Positions 11,906-23,530 of a stretch of DNA of 42,191 nt are shown here, one piece after another. The stretch is taken from assembly GCA_049999805.1 (NCBI GenBank), contig JBNGIO010006255.1:294630-336820 (forward strand), read 5' to 3'. How positions within the stretch are numbered: position 1 is the first letter of the stretch; each line of letters opens with the position of its first letter. A model generated the notes under the pieces. It worked only from the letters and a program-made list of their open reading frames with translations, made no database searches and was not told where the DNA came from. This stretch comes from Folioceros fuciformis (Eukaryota). A program made the translations under genes and the position numbers.

Positions 11906-13416
11906 ATGCTTCGGCCCGACGTGAACCAGGTTGCAGGGCACCGTTTTGAAGGTAAGATCCACCTTCATCCTAATTTGGTCTTCAGCAAGTAGAAGCTCTG
12001 TTGGTATGGTGGTATGCTAACGACGGGTCGAGCTGAGCCGCAGAGGGGAAAGTCGGATCGTTGGTAGATGACCAGGGTCGCTTCTACAAACCGATGCAAG
12101 ATAAAGATAGGGGAGACAGTGAGTTGGAATTCTACCAGAAGTTTTGGGGAGATGACGCGGTTCCAGAATCAGCCAAGAAATTCTTCCCCCGATATTACGG
12201 GACTACTGTCGTTGATGCCTCGGATGGCAGCAGCCAAATCAATATCCAACGCCATCTTGTTGAACTTTCTTCATGACTGTGAGAGAGATGCTAGCTTCCA
12301 CCATCTGGGAAACCTTAACTTTCAGAACGACATGCCATCCTTGACAACCTGACTCAGGGCTACCGGAAGCCGTCTGTGGTTGATGTGAAGGTACTCGATA
12401 CTCCCGCGTCGAAAGTTTTGTGCATTTGTGTCTGTTGCTCTCCGTTATGAATAAATCATTGGACATTTGAGAATGGAGGACAACGGGGTGGTGCTTTTCA
12501 TCCTGGTGATGGCATTTTGTTTTCAGGTTGGGTCCCGGACATGGTACCCTGGAGCTCGGGAGTCCTATATCAAGAAGTGCCTGTAATGACATTTTGCTGT
12601 GCAAATGAAGTTGATACTGGCAGATGTGATGATATTTTCTCAACTTTGTCAGGCAGTACGCCTGTCCAGCTTCATGGTTCTAAAGTGTACACTTGTGAAT
12701 GATGTTACAGCGAGAAGGACCGCGACAGTACATCATCCAGTCTGGGTTTCCGGATATCTGGGATGCAGGTGGTGCAGATTTTCCTTATCCTGTCTCGTGT
12801 CCTGCGCAGTTCCGAATGCGCTTTCGGCAAAGAAAATTGACATGCGCTTTCAGAAGGACCCACACAATGAAAAAGAATGTTTGACATGTGATTTGCCATA
12901 GCAGGCGTACGATGCTCAACAGGGTAAACAATGGCAACCCGAACGGAAGTGGTCCAAGAAACTGACAGCTGATGAAGTGCCTGCTGCACTTACCCGATTT
13001 GCTTCTACGAACCCTCTAGATGGAACACATTTTGATGGTGGCTTAAGAGCATTTGTCTACGGCGGTCACCATGGTATTTTGTCACAGCTTGCGGATCTTA
13101 TTTCTTGGTATGTTCCCTTCATTTTGCATAGACCTTTCCTCCCAGAGGTGCATTAGCTTTTCATCCAATCTTGTCTTTTCTTGGGTAATCTTGCAGGTTT
13201 GAAGTGCAAACAAGTTACCACTTCTATTCCTGCTCCGTGTTATTCGTATATGAAGGAGACACCATATCTGATTCAAAGGAAAACATGCGTCCATCGGTGA
13301 AAGTGATTGATTTCCCTCATGTAATTGATGGTCAGGGCAGAATTGATGAGAACTTTCTACTGGGTCTCAAGTCCTTGCACAATACCCTCTCCAAATTGGT
13401 AGACAAACCTGAGTGA
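11906..13416 (+). CDS. IPK2: Inositol polyphosphate multikinase (IPK2/IPMK), 7 exons
   Basis: Spliced product MLRPDVNQVAGH..GSLVDDQGRFYKP..ELEFY..PSVVDVKVGSRTW (PxxxDxKxG)..KDRDSTSSSLGFRISG..WFEVQTSYHFYSCSVLFVYE..VKVIDFPHV..IDENFLLGL. Confidence 0.94.
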
Positions 13417-13489
13417 GACCATACTTCCATTACAGTTGTACAGAGACAAAAGTCCCCACACATATAGACGCAGCGGCATTTGAATGGGA

Positions 13490-14637
13490 TCAAATTGGTC
13501 CCGCATTCTGTGTTGCCGCATGACCGGATCCTACAGCAGGAACCGATCCATTCTCTGTGCAAGCCGCCCGTTGTTGGCATCTACCAGTTCCAGCACACAT
13601 CTCACACTCTTCCACCTCTCCAGCCACCTGGCTAAGGCAGTAGTTCATTCTATCTTCAACGACGTTCTGCATCAAAGGTGAGATGTGAGCTCAGGCAGTG
13701 GTACATGCTATCTTCAATGACGTCCTGCATCACGACTGATAGACAAATCAGTCGCCTCAGCGCAGCCAGCTCTTCAAGCAACTAAAATAGAACCACGTAC
13801 CACCATGAGCTCATGCAGGCCAATGGGCGCTGTTACTAGGTATGGCACTAGGGGATGCTTCTTTGCAGCGTTTGCAACCAATGCTGGAATGTCCTATAAC
13901 CCACCCATCTGTGTCAGGTTCTTACCTCTGTAACCAGTACAATGAGGCAGAGGATGAGAGCCTAAAGACCAACCCTATCCCAGTGCCTGCCAGGGAACAA
14001 AAAGTAGGTGCTGATGATGACTCGGGAGGCTCCTTGTTCGATACATCGATCAAACGCTTGAGCGATCGTTGGCTCTGCTAGCTCCTGCCGAATGACAACA
14101 CCACCCCCAGCAGTTAGCCTGGCGGCGGGCCATCCGCAACAGGATGCTCAAGATTACACAAGATGGGGTAAAGGCTTGCCATATGTGCTGGTTCAACAAT
14201 GATATGGCCTGTCCGTTTCTTGTACATTTCCACGAACTGGTCTGCATGTGACGGAGACAAGAATCAACAAACCAAATGCAACTGTGACAACAAAGTCTCT
14301 GGAAGATCCTGAAAGGGAACCCAAAATTCATACTCAGCATAGCATTCGACTCGGCACGACGTGAGCCATGATCCACAATCACCACGCCATCGCCCTCTCT
14401 CCGCTTGCTCTCCCGGGAATCCCTGGGCAGACTGCACTGGATGTGACCAGCCATGCCGCCTAGCTGCCTTGCCCTAGTCACAGGACCCAGGAGCCTTGAA
14501 CTGCGATACCCTTCACCAAATCCAGCATCATTCCATGCCTGACCCTGGGTCCAGCAGCAGGGCTGCCGCCCCGCTATCCTCCTTGTGACGATGGGAGAGA
14601 AGCAACCCACCCCGGTCTGCACCGCAGCAAAGCTCAT
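13490..14637 (-). CDS. SIRB: Sirohydrochlorin ferrochelatase, plastid (CbiX/SirB family), 5 exons
   Basis: Transit-like N-terminus, then DGVVIVDHGSRRAESN, IVEPAHMELAEPTI, YFLFPGRHW, TAPIGLHELMV and the Cys-rich tail CLSQVAGEVEECEMCAGTGRC. Confidence 0.95.
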
Positions 14638-14889
14638 GGTGTAGCCTTCATGCCCACTCAGAAGTGTGGTGAGCAGAATTGAATAACGTGCGTTTCCTTT
14701 CCCGAGACAGGGAGCTAATTTCTCCGTTAAGTTAGTTGTGCGGTGTGCTGGGCTGATGTGGCTTGTTACGGCTTGTGATCTGCTCGGTGACGCCTCTCTC
14801 AGATTCTGGCTGCCCGTCAAGGCGAGCGCTCGATCGGGGATGCATGTGCCATCTTCCTCGAGCACCACAGATATATCTTCGCTTTGATT

Positions 14890-16414
14890 ATGGTAAATCA
14901 TGGAAACAGAAGTTCTGAACCAGCTGGGAAAGATGCCTCCCCTTCCGGGAGCAAGCGCAAACGTGTTCCCTCCTTCCCACAGCTGAAACGGGAAGACAGG
15001 CAGACTGCTGTGGAAACACCCGAGGAATTCACGAGGTTGTCCCCTGACGCAGCAGAACGGAGGAGTATCCTGGAGACGGCGGGATGTGAGGATGTCGAAT
15101 TTAGGGATGGTGGTCTGACTGATGCTACTCCAGTTGACGATGACCACTCCTTGGCTGCGCTATCAGACTTGCCCTCAGATACCATGGTTGCTGTCAGGCT
15201 CATGCTTAGCCAGTTTCCCAAATTCATTGAAAAGGTAAGATTTATTGTTGCTTTCCTTGGGAGAGCTAGCAGGTTTCTTGGTTGTTACTCATCCGAGTCC
15301 AGACATTAACCAGCCTCATGATCCACTGGCAATCAGGTGGCTGTCCGCCCATTTGTTCTTAGATCTCAAGTATACAGCAGCGTGAACGACCATACTGCAG
15401 TGGACAGAGAATTGGAAGTAAGATATGTTGTGCTGCATTTCTAGCCTGTTGCTTCCGTCTTCTCAAGTAGGAAGTGTTGTAACGAGTTATGATCTGGTTC
15501 AAGTTGTTGAGGCGTAGGAAGGAGATCCGGATGTTCAAGTTGAACACAGGCCAGGATGATTATGCGGTTATGCTCATGGCCGACTACATGACACAAGTAT
15601 ACCCCTCTAATTGTTACCAGAGTCTTTCGGTACAAGTCTCTGGAGGAGCGGAGGGCTAGATAACAGGGAAGCTAATCCCTGCTGTCCTCCGCAGGTCAGT
15701 TCTGCAGAAGAGCGGATGAAGTCAAAACGGCCAGAATCAGAGACAGTAGTGTTTCATTGGTTCAGAGCCCATGTGCTGTCGAGCAATTCAGAAGTAGGCA
15801 TCTCCCACAGTGAACTGGTGAGACCTAGTCACACCTAACAAGATGCCTTCCGTGTGTCTCCTCCCTACCCCATCTGAACCCTTCAACAACGCAGGTGACG
15901 AGTCTATCTCAAGGAGGTAAACTGCAGGACAAGCACATAACGCTCCTGATCAATGCTGGTCTCCTGGTTAGTCTGACGACAGCTCCATCAACTGGCGAAC
16001 CTCCGTTCTCAGTCTTGAAACAACAGTGTAACTCCTCTCCCCTCTTCTGGTACGAAGTGCAGGTCAGGCAGCTCTCGGACGACACATCCTACTGGTTCTC
16101 CATCCCTAACGTTGGGTTGGTTTTAAAGAACCTCGCAGAGGTAACGGTATGCTACACTTGGCAGCCCCTGAGGCAAGCTTCTGGCCCGAGCTCATAATTA
16201 CTCACTCGCTAAAACTGTTCAGGGAAGAAAAGAACTGCTTTCCTTCATCTCCAGACGTCGATACAAGGAGATCCTACAACAAGAACTTGAAAAAAGGCGG
16301 CTGCGGTATTCAAAGCTGGACATGCTATTTCATCTCCGCGACCTGCTTGGTTCAGGGAAACTGGAATCGATTGACACCACAGTCGGCCCACTCATCCGGC
16401 TGGCAAGAGCCTGA
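14890..16414 (+). CDS. STK19: STK19-like winged-helix protein, multi-exon
   Basis: Spliced product ..SDTMVAVRLMLSQFP..RPFVLRSQVYSSVNDHTAVDRELE..IRMFKLNTGQDDYAVM..HITLLINAGLLVRQL..YWFSIPNVG..GRKELLSFISRRRYKE..FHLRDLLGSG..TTVGPLIRL. Stop at 16412-16414. Confidence 0.88.
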
Positions 16415-16625
16415 CGAGCCCCCAAGAATAGACAGGGCAGATTTTATTTGACATTTCGGTCTCTCAAATCTCAATATTACTGAACCACTCCCACAAACAG
16501 TGGGATCGGATTGCGCGCTTTCTGGCTTTCTTTAGCTACCTTCCGCGCCAGAAAGGGCAACCGACGACGAACTATCGCCGTAGCGGGCCCGGTTCCAGTC
16601 CCGGATCTAGACGGCTGGAGATTTT

Positions 16626-16807
16626 CCACGTGGCAGAAGATCGGGCCACCGACGTCGGGAGCGGCGTGGCCACATACTGCCCCTTAGATCTGAAAGAAGG
16701 GACGGCCAGAAGACAGAGAGCGTGGCTGGCGCCACGCCTCTGGATCGCGGTGCTTGGACGGATGCGGATGGGCAGCGCGACCCTCATGTCAATGCCTGTT
16801 ACGTGGC
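16626..16807 (+). promoter_or_regulatory. G-box/ACGT elements upstream of HY5
   Basis: ccacgtggc at 16626-16634 and ttacgtggc at 16799-16807, 350-530 bp upstream of the HY5 ATG. Confidence 0.4.
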
Positions 16808-17157
16808 AAACACAACTCTTGCCGGTCTATTCCGCAGGGAGACGGAGAACTGGGAGGGCATTATCAAAGCAAGCTTCTCTGGTTGTGGCGCGGGCAGGAC
16901 CTGCCGCTGGTGACGAGATCGTGGCATGGCTCTGGGCGCTCCGTGCGCACTCCGATCACGCTGCTCGTCTAGGGTTAGGTCTTGGTCGTGGTGCGCGCAT
17001 GCGGGCAGGAGCGGAGCTGCGCTGTGAGTGCTTGGGAGTGCGAGCATTGTGATGTGTCTTGCCAAGGGAGTGATGACTGCTCGTGGCCGGTGCTCCGATT
17101 CCGTGGCTTCTGGAGGTGGCCCGCTGTTGCAGCACCGGTGATACCTGGGCTCCGCCA

Positions 17158-17924
17158 ATGCAGGGCACGGCCTCGTCCTCAGCCCAGACGCAATCTCTGT
17201 GCGAGAAGGCCCCCGGGTCCGTCACCGGCCCGTCTGACGGCAAGCAGGATGGTACGGAAATGCGTGCTTCAGTGGGAGGGACAGTGATGCGTGGCCGTGA
17301 TGTTGTCTCACTCGGGTTGCTTGTTGGTGGCGCATCAGGAGATGATGACAGCGACTCCGAAGTCCGGAGAGTGCCTGAGGCCCCGGGTAAGGGCGGGGGA
17401 GCTGTTTCGTCCGCGTCGCGCCCGCAGTCCTCGAGTGTCAAGAGAAAGCGAGTTGGAGCTTCCGCTGACAAGGAAAACAAACGTTTGAAGAGGTCGGATT
17501 TCTTACTTTCCGTGGCTGATCGTGCGTGATGTGGTGTCCCTCGTGTGGTTTGTGGGGTGTGATGTACTATGTTTGATTTCGCGTTGCGAGCTGACGCTGG
17601 CGACGGCTCTCTGTCGTAGGTTACTGCGAAATAGAGTTTCCGCACAGCAAGCTAGGGAGAGGAAAAAAGCATATCTTACTGAACTAGAGGAGAAATTCAA
17701 AGAGATGGAGCAAAAGAATGCGGAACTGGAACAGAGGGTATCTACGCTGCAAGGGGAAAATTACATGTTGCGGCAGGTTGGTTTCACCCGACGAGCCATC
17801 GTCGTGTTTTTGCAGTCGTGGGCTTGTTTGTAACACGCAGTGTGTGCACCGACAGATCGTGAAGAACACGACGATGAACAAGAGCGGAACTTCTACAATA
17901 TCTTCTGGTTCAGATTACACATAG
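17158..17924 (+). CDS. HY5: bZIP transcription factor HY5, 4 exons
   Basis: COP1-binding VP motif [11 protein letters not shown], then [28 protein letters not shown], a leucine zipper and RQ|IVKNTT. This closely matches HY5. Confidence 0.95.
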
Positions 17925-19642
17925 CATCAGCCGGAAGCGTGGCTCAGGTGGAGGGTGTCGAGAGTCCCGTAATTGGGGTTTGCGCTCCACTGAATTCGAG
18001 ACTCACTGACTTGACCGGCGCATTATTTGCACGTCCTGTAGTCAGGACGTCTGAAGTAGTAAACAACAGATCTTAGGTGTAACGGGAGGTGGGCAGACTG
18101 GTCCTTTCACAGCGGTTGGTCCTGTGATGTTGGTTGTGCATCTGCGACAGGCACATGGGCGTACAACCAACATCTGGCTACCGGTGACACTGGCGCCAGA
18201 TCTGTCACCAGTACAGTCAGCTACAACCAGGCCAGTGGTTTTGGACCCTCATTCAGTTCAGCACTTAGCAGGAAGGTGATTCGTGTAGTGTCTTCACGTC
18301 CGACGACACTCCACAGTCCAATTCATTCACGTAGTGAATCAGGATTGTAGGCTATACCACATTTTGTCTCATTTTGTCTCATCATTCCTGTAGCAAAAGC
18401 TGGTAGCAACTTTTTGTATGTCTTTCCTCCTACACCCAATCCTTATGTCTTGTATGCAACGTCTCGCTGGAGTCTACAACTGTTTGTCTCCCAGCTCAGT
18501 CATCTCTGTGGTACGTCACGGCTGTTCACCTCTGAGATGCTATCCCAATAGGAGGAAAGTATATGCGGGAAATATCAGAGACATCCTTACCTCGTACCGC
18601 CCATTAAAGTAGACCACAAAAGCTGGTCCAGAAGGAATGAACACACCCCCGAAAGCATTGACGACATACGCTACCCCGACCCTTCGTGTCCGCAACTCCC
18701 GACGGGGGAAAGCCAGGGCAGGACGGCACCGCGACCCCGAAGCTTCTCCCGCCCCTGATCCCGACAAGTTGGTGGCAACAAGACCGGGTGTGGACATTCA
18801 AACGAAACCTCGCACCACCTCCACCTCAAAGGGCAATACGAGACCGTGCCCTACCTACCTACTACGTCGACAAGGCAGAAAAATCCGCCTGCTATTACGG
18901 CGGGTGTGGAGTCATCCAACACAAGAAGGCACTGACATCCGGTGTGGTACAACCATAAAGCAGGGATCGGGCCCGCCTTGCCTTGCCCCGCCCCGCCCAT
19001 CCCATCCGAGCCATGAAGCCACTACACACAAACACGCTCCGCAGGTACAGATCACTGAGCAACAAAGATTTGGCGCCGCGGAAGATGGTTGTTGCCGATG
19101 AAAGAAACTGACCCTCTGCTCCTTCGTCCCGTGAGCGGAGGGCCAACACGCATGCCTGCGGTGGAGAACGCACACAGGATGCAGCGGCATATGCTGTACT
19201 GCACCAGCCGTCGGGCGGCAGTGACGCCAGTACGATGCCATGCATCCAGCTAGGTAGCTTCCGTGGACCTTCCGTGGGACAATCCGATTTAGACAGCCGT
19301 CGGGCTCGCTCCCCGAATTATTAAAGTACAGAATGCGCATTTCTGTGTGGAGTAAAGCACGCCGGCGGTATGGGTTTTTTTGGGTCACGACTGAATCGAA
19401 GTTTTGAAAGAATATTTATGGAATAAAATGTATATGCTGCTAGACTCCTCTCTAATGAACTTGCATAAGCATAGCTATTGACATCACCTCAAAATATATA
19501 ACTCATGAATATTATAACTCAAAATGACTCTAGCCATCACTCCTGGGGTACAAGGTTGTGGGGCATTTTTCATATGTGGGCCCCTTAAGGACAAACACCA
19601 AGGGGTCAAAGTGTCACAAGGCACCTTATATGGACCAGGGTA

Positions 19643-19661
19643 TTAGGGTTTAGGGTTTAGG
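19643..19661 (+). repeat. Interstitial plant telomere-like repeat (TTTAGGG)~3 / telo-box
   Basis: ttagggtttagggtttagg. Confidence 0.7.
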
Positions 19662-19764
19662 TTTTTATAAGTTGTGTATCTAATGAATGCATTATACATC
19701 TTCTTCTTTCATATATTGTAGCATTTTTTTGTCAAAGGGTTTCTATTGCTGTACAGCGAGCATT

Positions 19765-19840
19765 GGCTAATGCCATATATAAGATGACAACGGCCGCAAG
19801 AGGCTAATGTCATATATAAGATGACAACGGCGGCAAGAGG
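19765..19840. repeat. 37-bp tandem duplication
   Basis: ggctaatg(c/t)catatataagatgacaacggc(c/g)gcaaga, twice, starting at 19765 and 19802. Confidence 0.9.
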
Positions 19841-21506
19841 CGGCATTAACAACCCTAGTGGTAGTAGACCCTATGTCCTCCCAAACCATGACGTTTTAGC
19901 TACTATTGGTAGTCATAAGGCTTCAGGGCTTAGTCCCTTAGTGTTCCTATCATGGTTTATCTCCCTCTTTACGAGTAGATGGGTCTTTTTATCTTGCTCT
20001 TCTCAAATAAATAAATTACTCTTAATACATCTTATGCTCATATTATAAAGAGCATTAGACAACCACATTTTTAAACACATGCACTCTAAACATCTACCTG
20101 GAGAGCCAAATCCTTTTGGCAAGAAGATACACCAATGGAAGAGGTGGCATCTTAGCATGGGCTGGACAAGATTGTACAAAGCGGAGAACTGGGTGCCAGC
20201 TAGTTGTTGCCAAGAGCTAAGGTTATGAACCACCATTTCTCATACCATGGTACACCATGTTCTACACAAGTAATGCATGCTTGCTAGTCTAGAGGTTCTT
20301 TGTTCTTCTTGTCTATGATGCTTTAAGGGTAACAGGTTCCCTTTGGTTAGGAGCTTAGATACTTGTAGAGTTCAAACAAAGACAAGGCTCTTGTTGTAGG
20401 TATTTTGAGGCATTGGCATAGTTTATCAAGGGGCAAGAGTACGATTCCCTCTTGAACAAGATGCAAAAATGAGGTTGGGTGCATAATTCCCTCTTGAAGA
20501 AGATTCCTAGAAGCACTACACCAACAATCTTGACCATGGAGATAAGAATAGTACAAGAAAAATCCAAAACACCAACAATCTTCACCTTGAAGATACAAAC
20601 AAAGCAAGGAGAATCCAGAATTCCGAGCATTCTAAGCAAAATCCAAAATCCCTAGCATTCTAAGGTTGGGTCATGCTTAAGTAGTCTAGGGTGATGACAA
20701 TTCTCTATCTATCCTCCTCCCCTTCTCCTATCCACTCAAGAAAAATGTTGCTCGAAATATGCCATGGATTGGCATGGTTTTACCATCATGGGGCTTGGCC
20801 CATGTTGAGCCATAAATAATCCCGACTCCTAACACTTCCTTTAAAGAAAAAACACGGAATAAAACGAAAGGTTTAACCTAAATTTACTAGAAATCAATTT
20901 TCGTATGCAACTTGAAATACGGCAACTTTGTTATGCGGGGTGAAAGTAAGCTACTAGCACCGAAGTCTCGTTTCCCCATCCAGATAGGCCCATAGTTCCG
21001 GGTTACTATGCTCATTTTGCTGAGCAAGAGTGGCCGAGGTCCGATAATCCTTCACGGCCTGGCACGTGCACGTTTATGGTTTGGACAGTTCGCAATGGGG
21101 CTGGATCCGCATTTGGACACAAACTTTCCCAATCATGTCGAAAGGATAAGTTCGAGTCTGCTACAGGAATGTAGAGTGGGTCTCGCAATGGAGACTTGCC
21201 AACTATTGTATGATTGTACCAAGTAGACACATATACTGGGCTGGCCAGAGATTCGTCAGAATTCGGGAACTGGTCTCAAGCTCTGCTGCGTGAGGAGGAG
21301 ATTGCTGAAACGCTCTGCTTGCGAATCTTCTGAGCTGGTGGAGCTTGTGGCTGTGCGAGTCGCTGCTGTCTGCGTTTTGAATTGTATTTTGATTGGATGA
21401 TTGGTGTCTTCACCTGGATCGTTTTTGCCCAGACAATTCTTTCACGGCAACTAGGTGTGTGCCTCTGGTTAACTTGTAATTTGCCTTGCTTAGTACCGTG
21501 AGGAGG

Positions 21507-23079
21507 ATGGGTAGTTTGGGGAACGAGCAGAAGTCTGATGGAGTGGAGGAGCATGCAACGGCTACCCAGGAGCCCAATTTGGCAGCATTTGTGTTGGGCA
21601 TTAATGAGCTGAAAATCCAGCCCTTCGAGCTCCCGGCTAGTCTTGGTGAGGGAGCACACGAGCTGGTGCAGGTGGTGCTGTGGGTTCTGTGTTACGCTTG
21701 GTTTATGTCACGGTTGTATGTATTACGTGATGTTTGCAGGAGATTACGAAGTGAGGGTGCGCGTAAAGGCAGTGGGAATTTGTGGTAGTGATGTGCACTA
21801 TGTGAAGGTACTCATAGACACGAAAGATCGCAGCTTTTTTGTTCCTGGCTTCCTGTAACGCTTGCTTCTTAATGCTGCTGAGTGCAGCATCTACGATGTG
21901 CCGATTTCATTGTCAAAGAGCCGATGGTCATTGGCCATGAGTGTGCTGGCATCGTGGACGGGGTTGGCAGCGCTGTGAAGCACTTGGCAGTTGGTGACCG
22001 TGTTGCCTTGGAGCCTGGCATCTCTTGTGGTCGCTGCTCAGTCTGTAAGCATGGCCAGTACAATCTGTGTCCGGAGATGAGGTTCTTTGCAACACCACCG
22101 GTACATGGTTCGTTGGCAAATAAGGTGAGGTACCTGGTCTTGCTGATTTGCTTCTTGTGCTCATTTCGTGTTGTGTGGGATGCTGATTTCCAGTCTTGCT
22201 CTTCTGGCAGGTGGTGCATCCTGCGGACTTATGTTTCAAGCTACCTGAAAATGTGTCACTGGAGGAAGGAGCGATGTGTGAACCTCTGAGCGTGGGAGTG
22301 CATGCCTGCACTCGTGCTGCTGTTGGCCCACACACACGTGTATTGATCATGGGTGCGGGACCAATCGGTCTTGTCACCATGCTTGCTGCTCGTGCCTTCG
22401 GAGCTCCTCGCATCATTCTCACTGATGTGGACCAGCAGAGGCTGGATGTGGCTGTGGAGCTGGGGGCTGATCACATTTTTCGGGTTTCACCTGATCCACA
22501 GGTGAAACAGAAGTCGTGTAACGTGATGCATCCATCCTTACTGTGTGCACCCGTTGAAAAGCAGGTTTCTGATCTGTTCCTTGGTTTGAGCGCAGGACGT
22601 GGAAAAGGAGGTGGCCTCACTCCAGGCACTCATGGGGGCTCCTGTGGATGTAACTCTCGACTGTGTGGGTTTCACCAAGACCATGTCTACAGCTCTAAAA
22701 GTCACCAGTTCTGGAGGGAAGGTCTGTCTTGTTGGAATGGGGCACAATGAAATGACCGTCCCTCTCACTCCTGCAGCTGCTCGGTATGTCTGCTCCCCTT
22801 GTTCAGTCCTTCAACTTCGCTGAAAGCAAGTACTGGATGCCGGCCCTCCTAGTCCTGAAGCCACACTAGTGCTTGGTTTCGTGCAGGGAAGTGGATATCC
22901 TTGGAGTGTTCAGGTACCGAAACACGTACCCTCTGTGCATCGATCTACTTCAGAGCCGCCGTATCAACGTGCGTCCTCTGATCACGCACCGCTTTGGGTT
23001 TTCCCAAAAAGAGGTGGAAGAGGCTTTCGCAACCAGTGCAGGAGGCGGGAACGCAATCAAGGTCATGTTCAATCTTTGA
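21507..23079 (+). CDS. SDH: Sorbitol dehydrogenase (Zn-dependent MDR; L-idonate dehydrogenase-like), 6 exons
   Basis: KAVGICGSDVHY, EPMVIGHECAG, GDRVALEPGISC..C..GQYNLCPEMRFFATPPVHGSLAN, EEGAMCEPLSVGVHAC, MGAGPIGL, GVFRYRNTYP and the C-terminus AIKVMFNL*. Confidence 0.96.
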
Positions 23080-23530
23080 GATTTTAGGCAGAGATTGGTT
23101 AGTGTACGAGGTCATCCATGGCGAGGCCCTGTGTACCTCCCAATGTGACACGAGGCACTGTGGTCTGTTCGAAACATGAGATGGGTCCTTGAATCAACGA
23201 GTCAGCAAACATGACCGGAAGGGAGGGAGACAACTCTTGCTTGCATTGACCTGTCTTAAAATCACCTCGGATTCACACCCCAGGATGAATGCCCAGGTAC
23301 ATCCTCGTAGTGATTCTGCTGAGAAGAGTTGTAGAGGACACACTGCCAAGCATACATCCACATGCCAAAGAGCTGCAGGCAGAAAATGGTCCTCACGTCA
23401 AGGGATTTATCATAAGTGTTAATGGTACAAAGATGGGGCAGACACGGTCACCCAGAGCAATAGTTGAATCGTTCCATCATCGGCCTGATGGAAGTCCTGG
23501 GACCGCTCATGCAGCCATTTCAAGAGCGAG

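Noticed and set aside
14638..15147. N-terminal extension of the 365-aa SIRB ORF
   Set aside because: It overlaps STK19 exon 1 antisense. The ATG at 14637 already gives a plausible transit peptide.
16580..16610. tRNA-like T-arm (ggttccagtccc)
   Set aside because: No acceptor stem, D-arm or anticodon arm could be folded.
18540..19388. Overlapping short ORFs downstream of HY5
   Set aside because: Some splice-like signals exist on the minus strand, but no coherent gene model or recognisable protein could be built.
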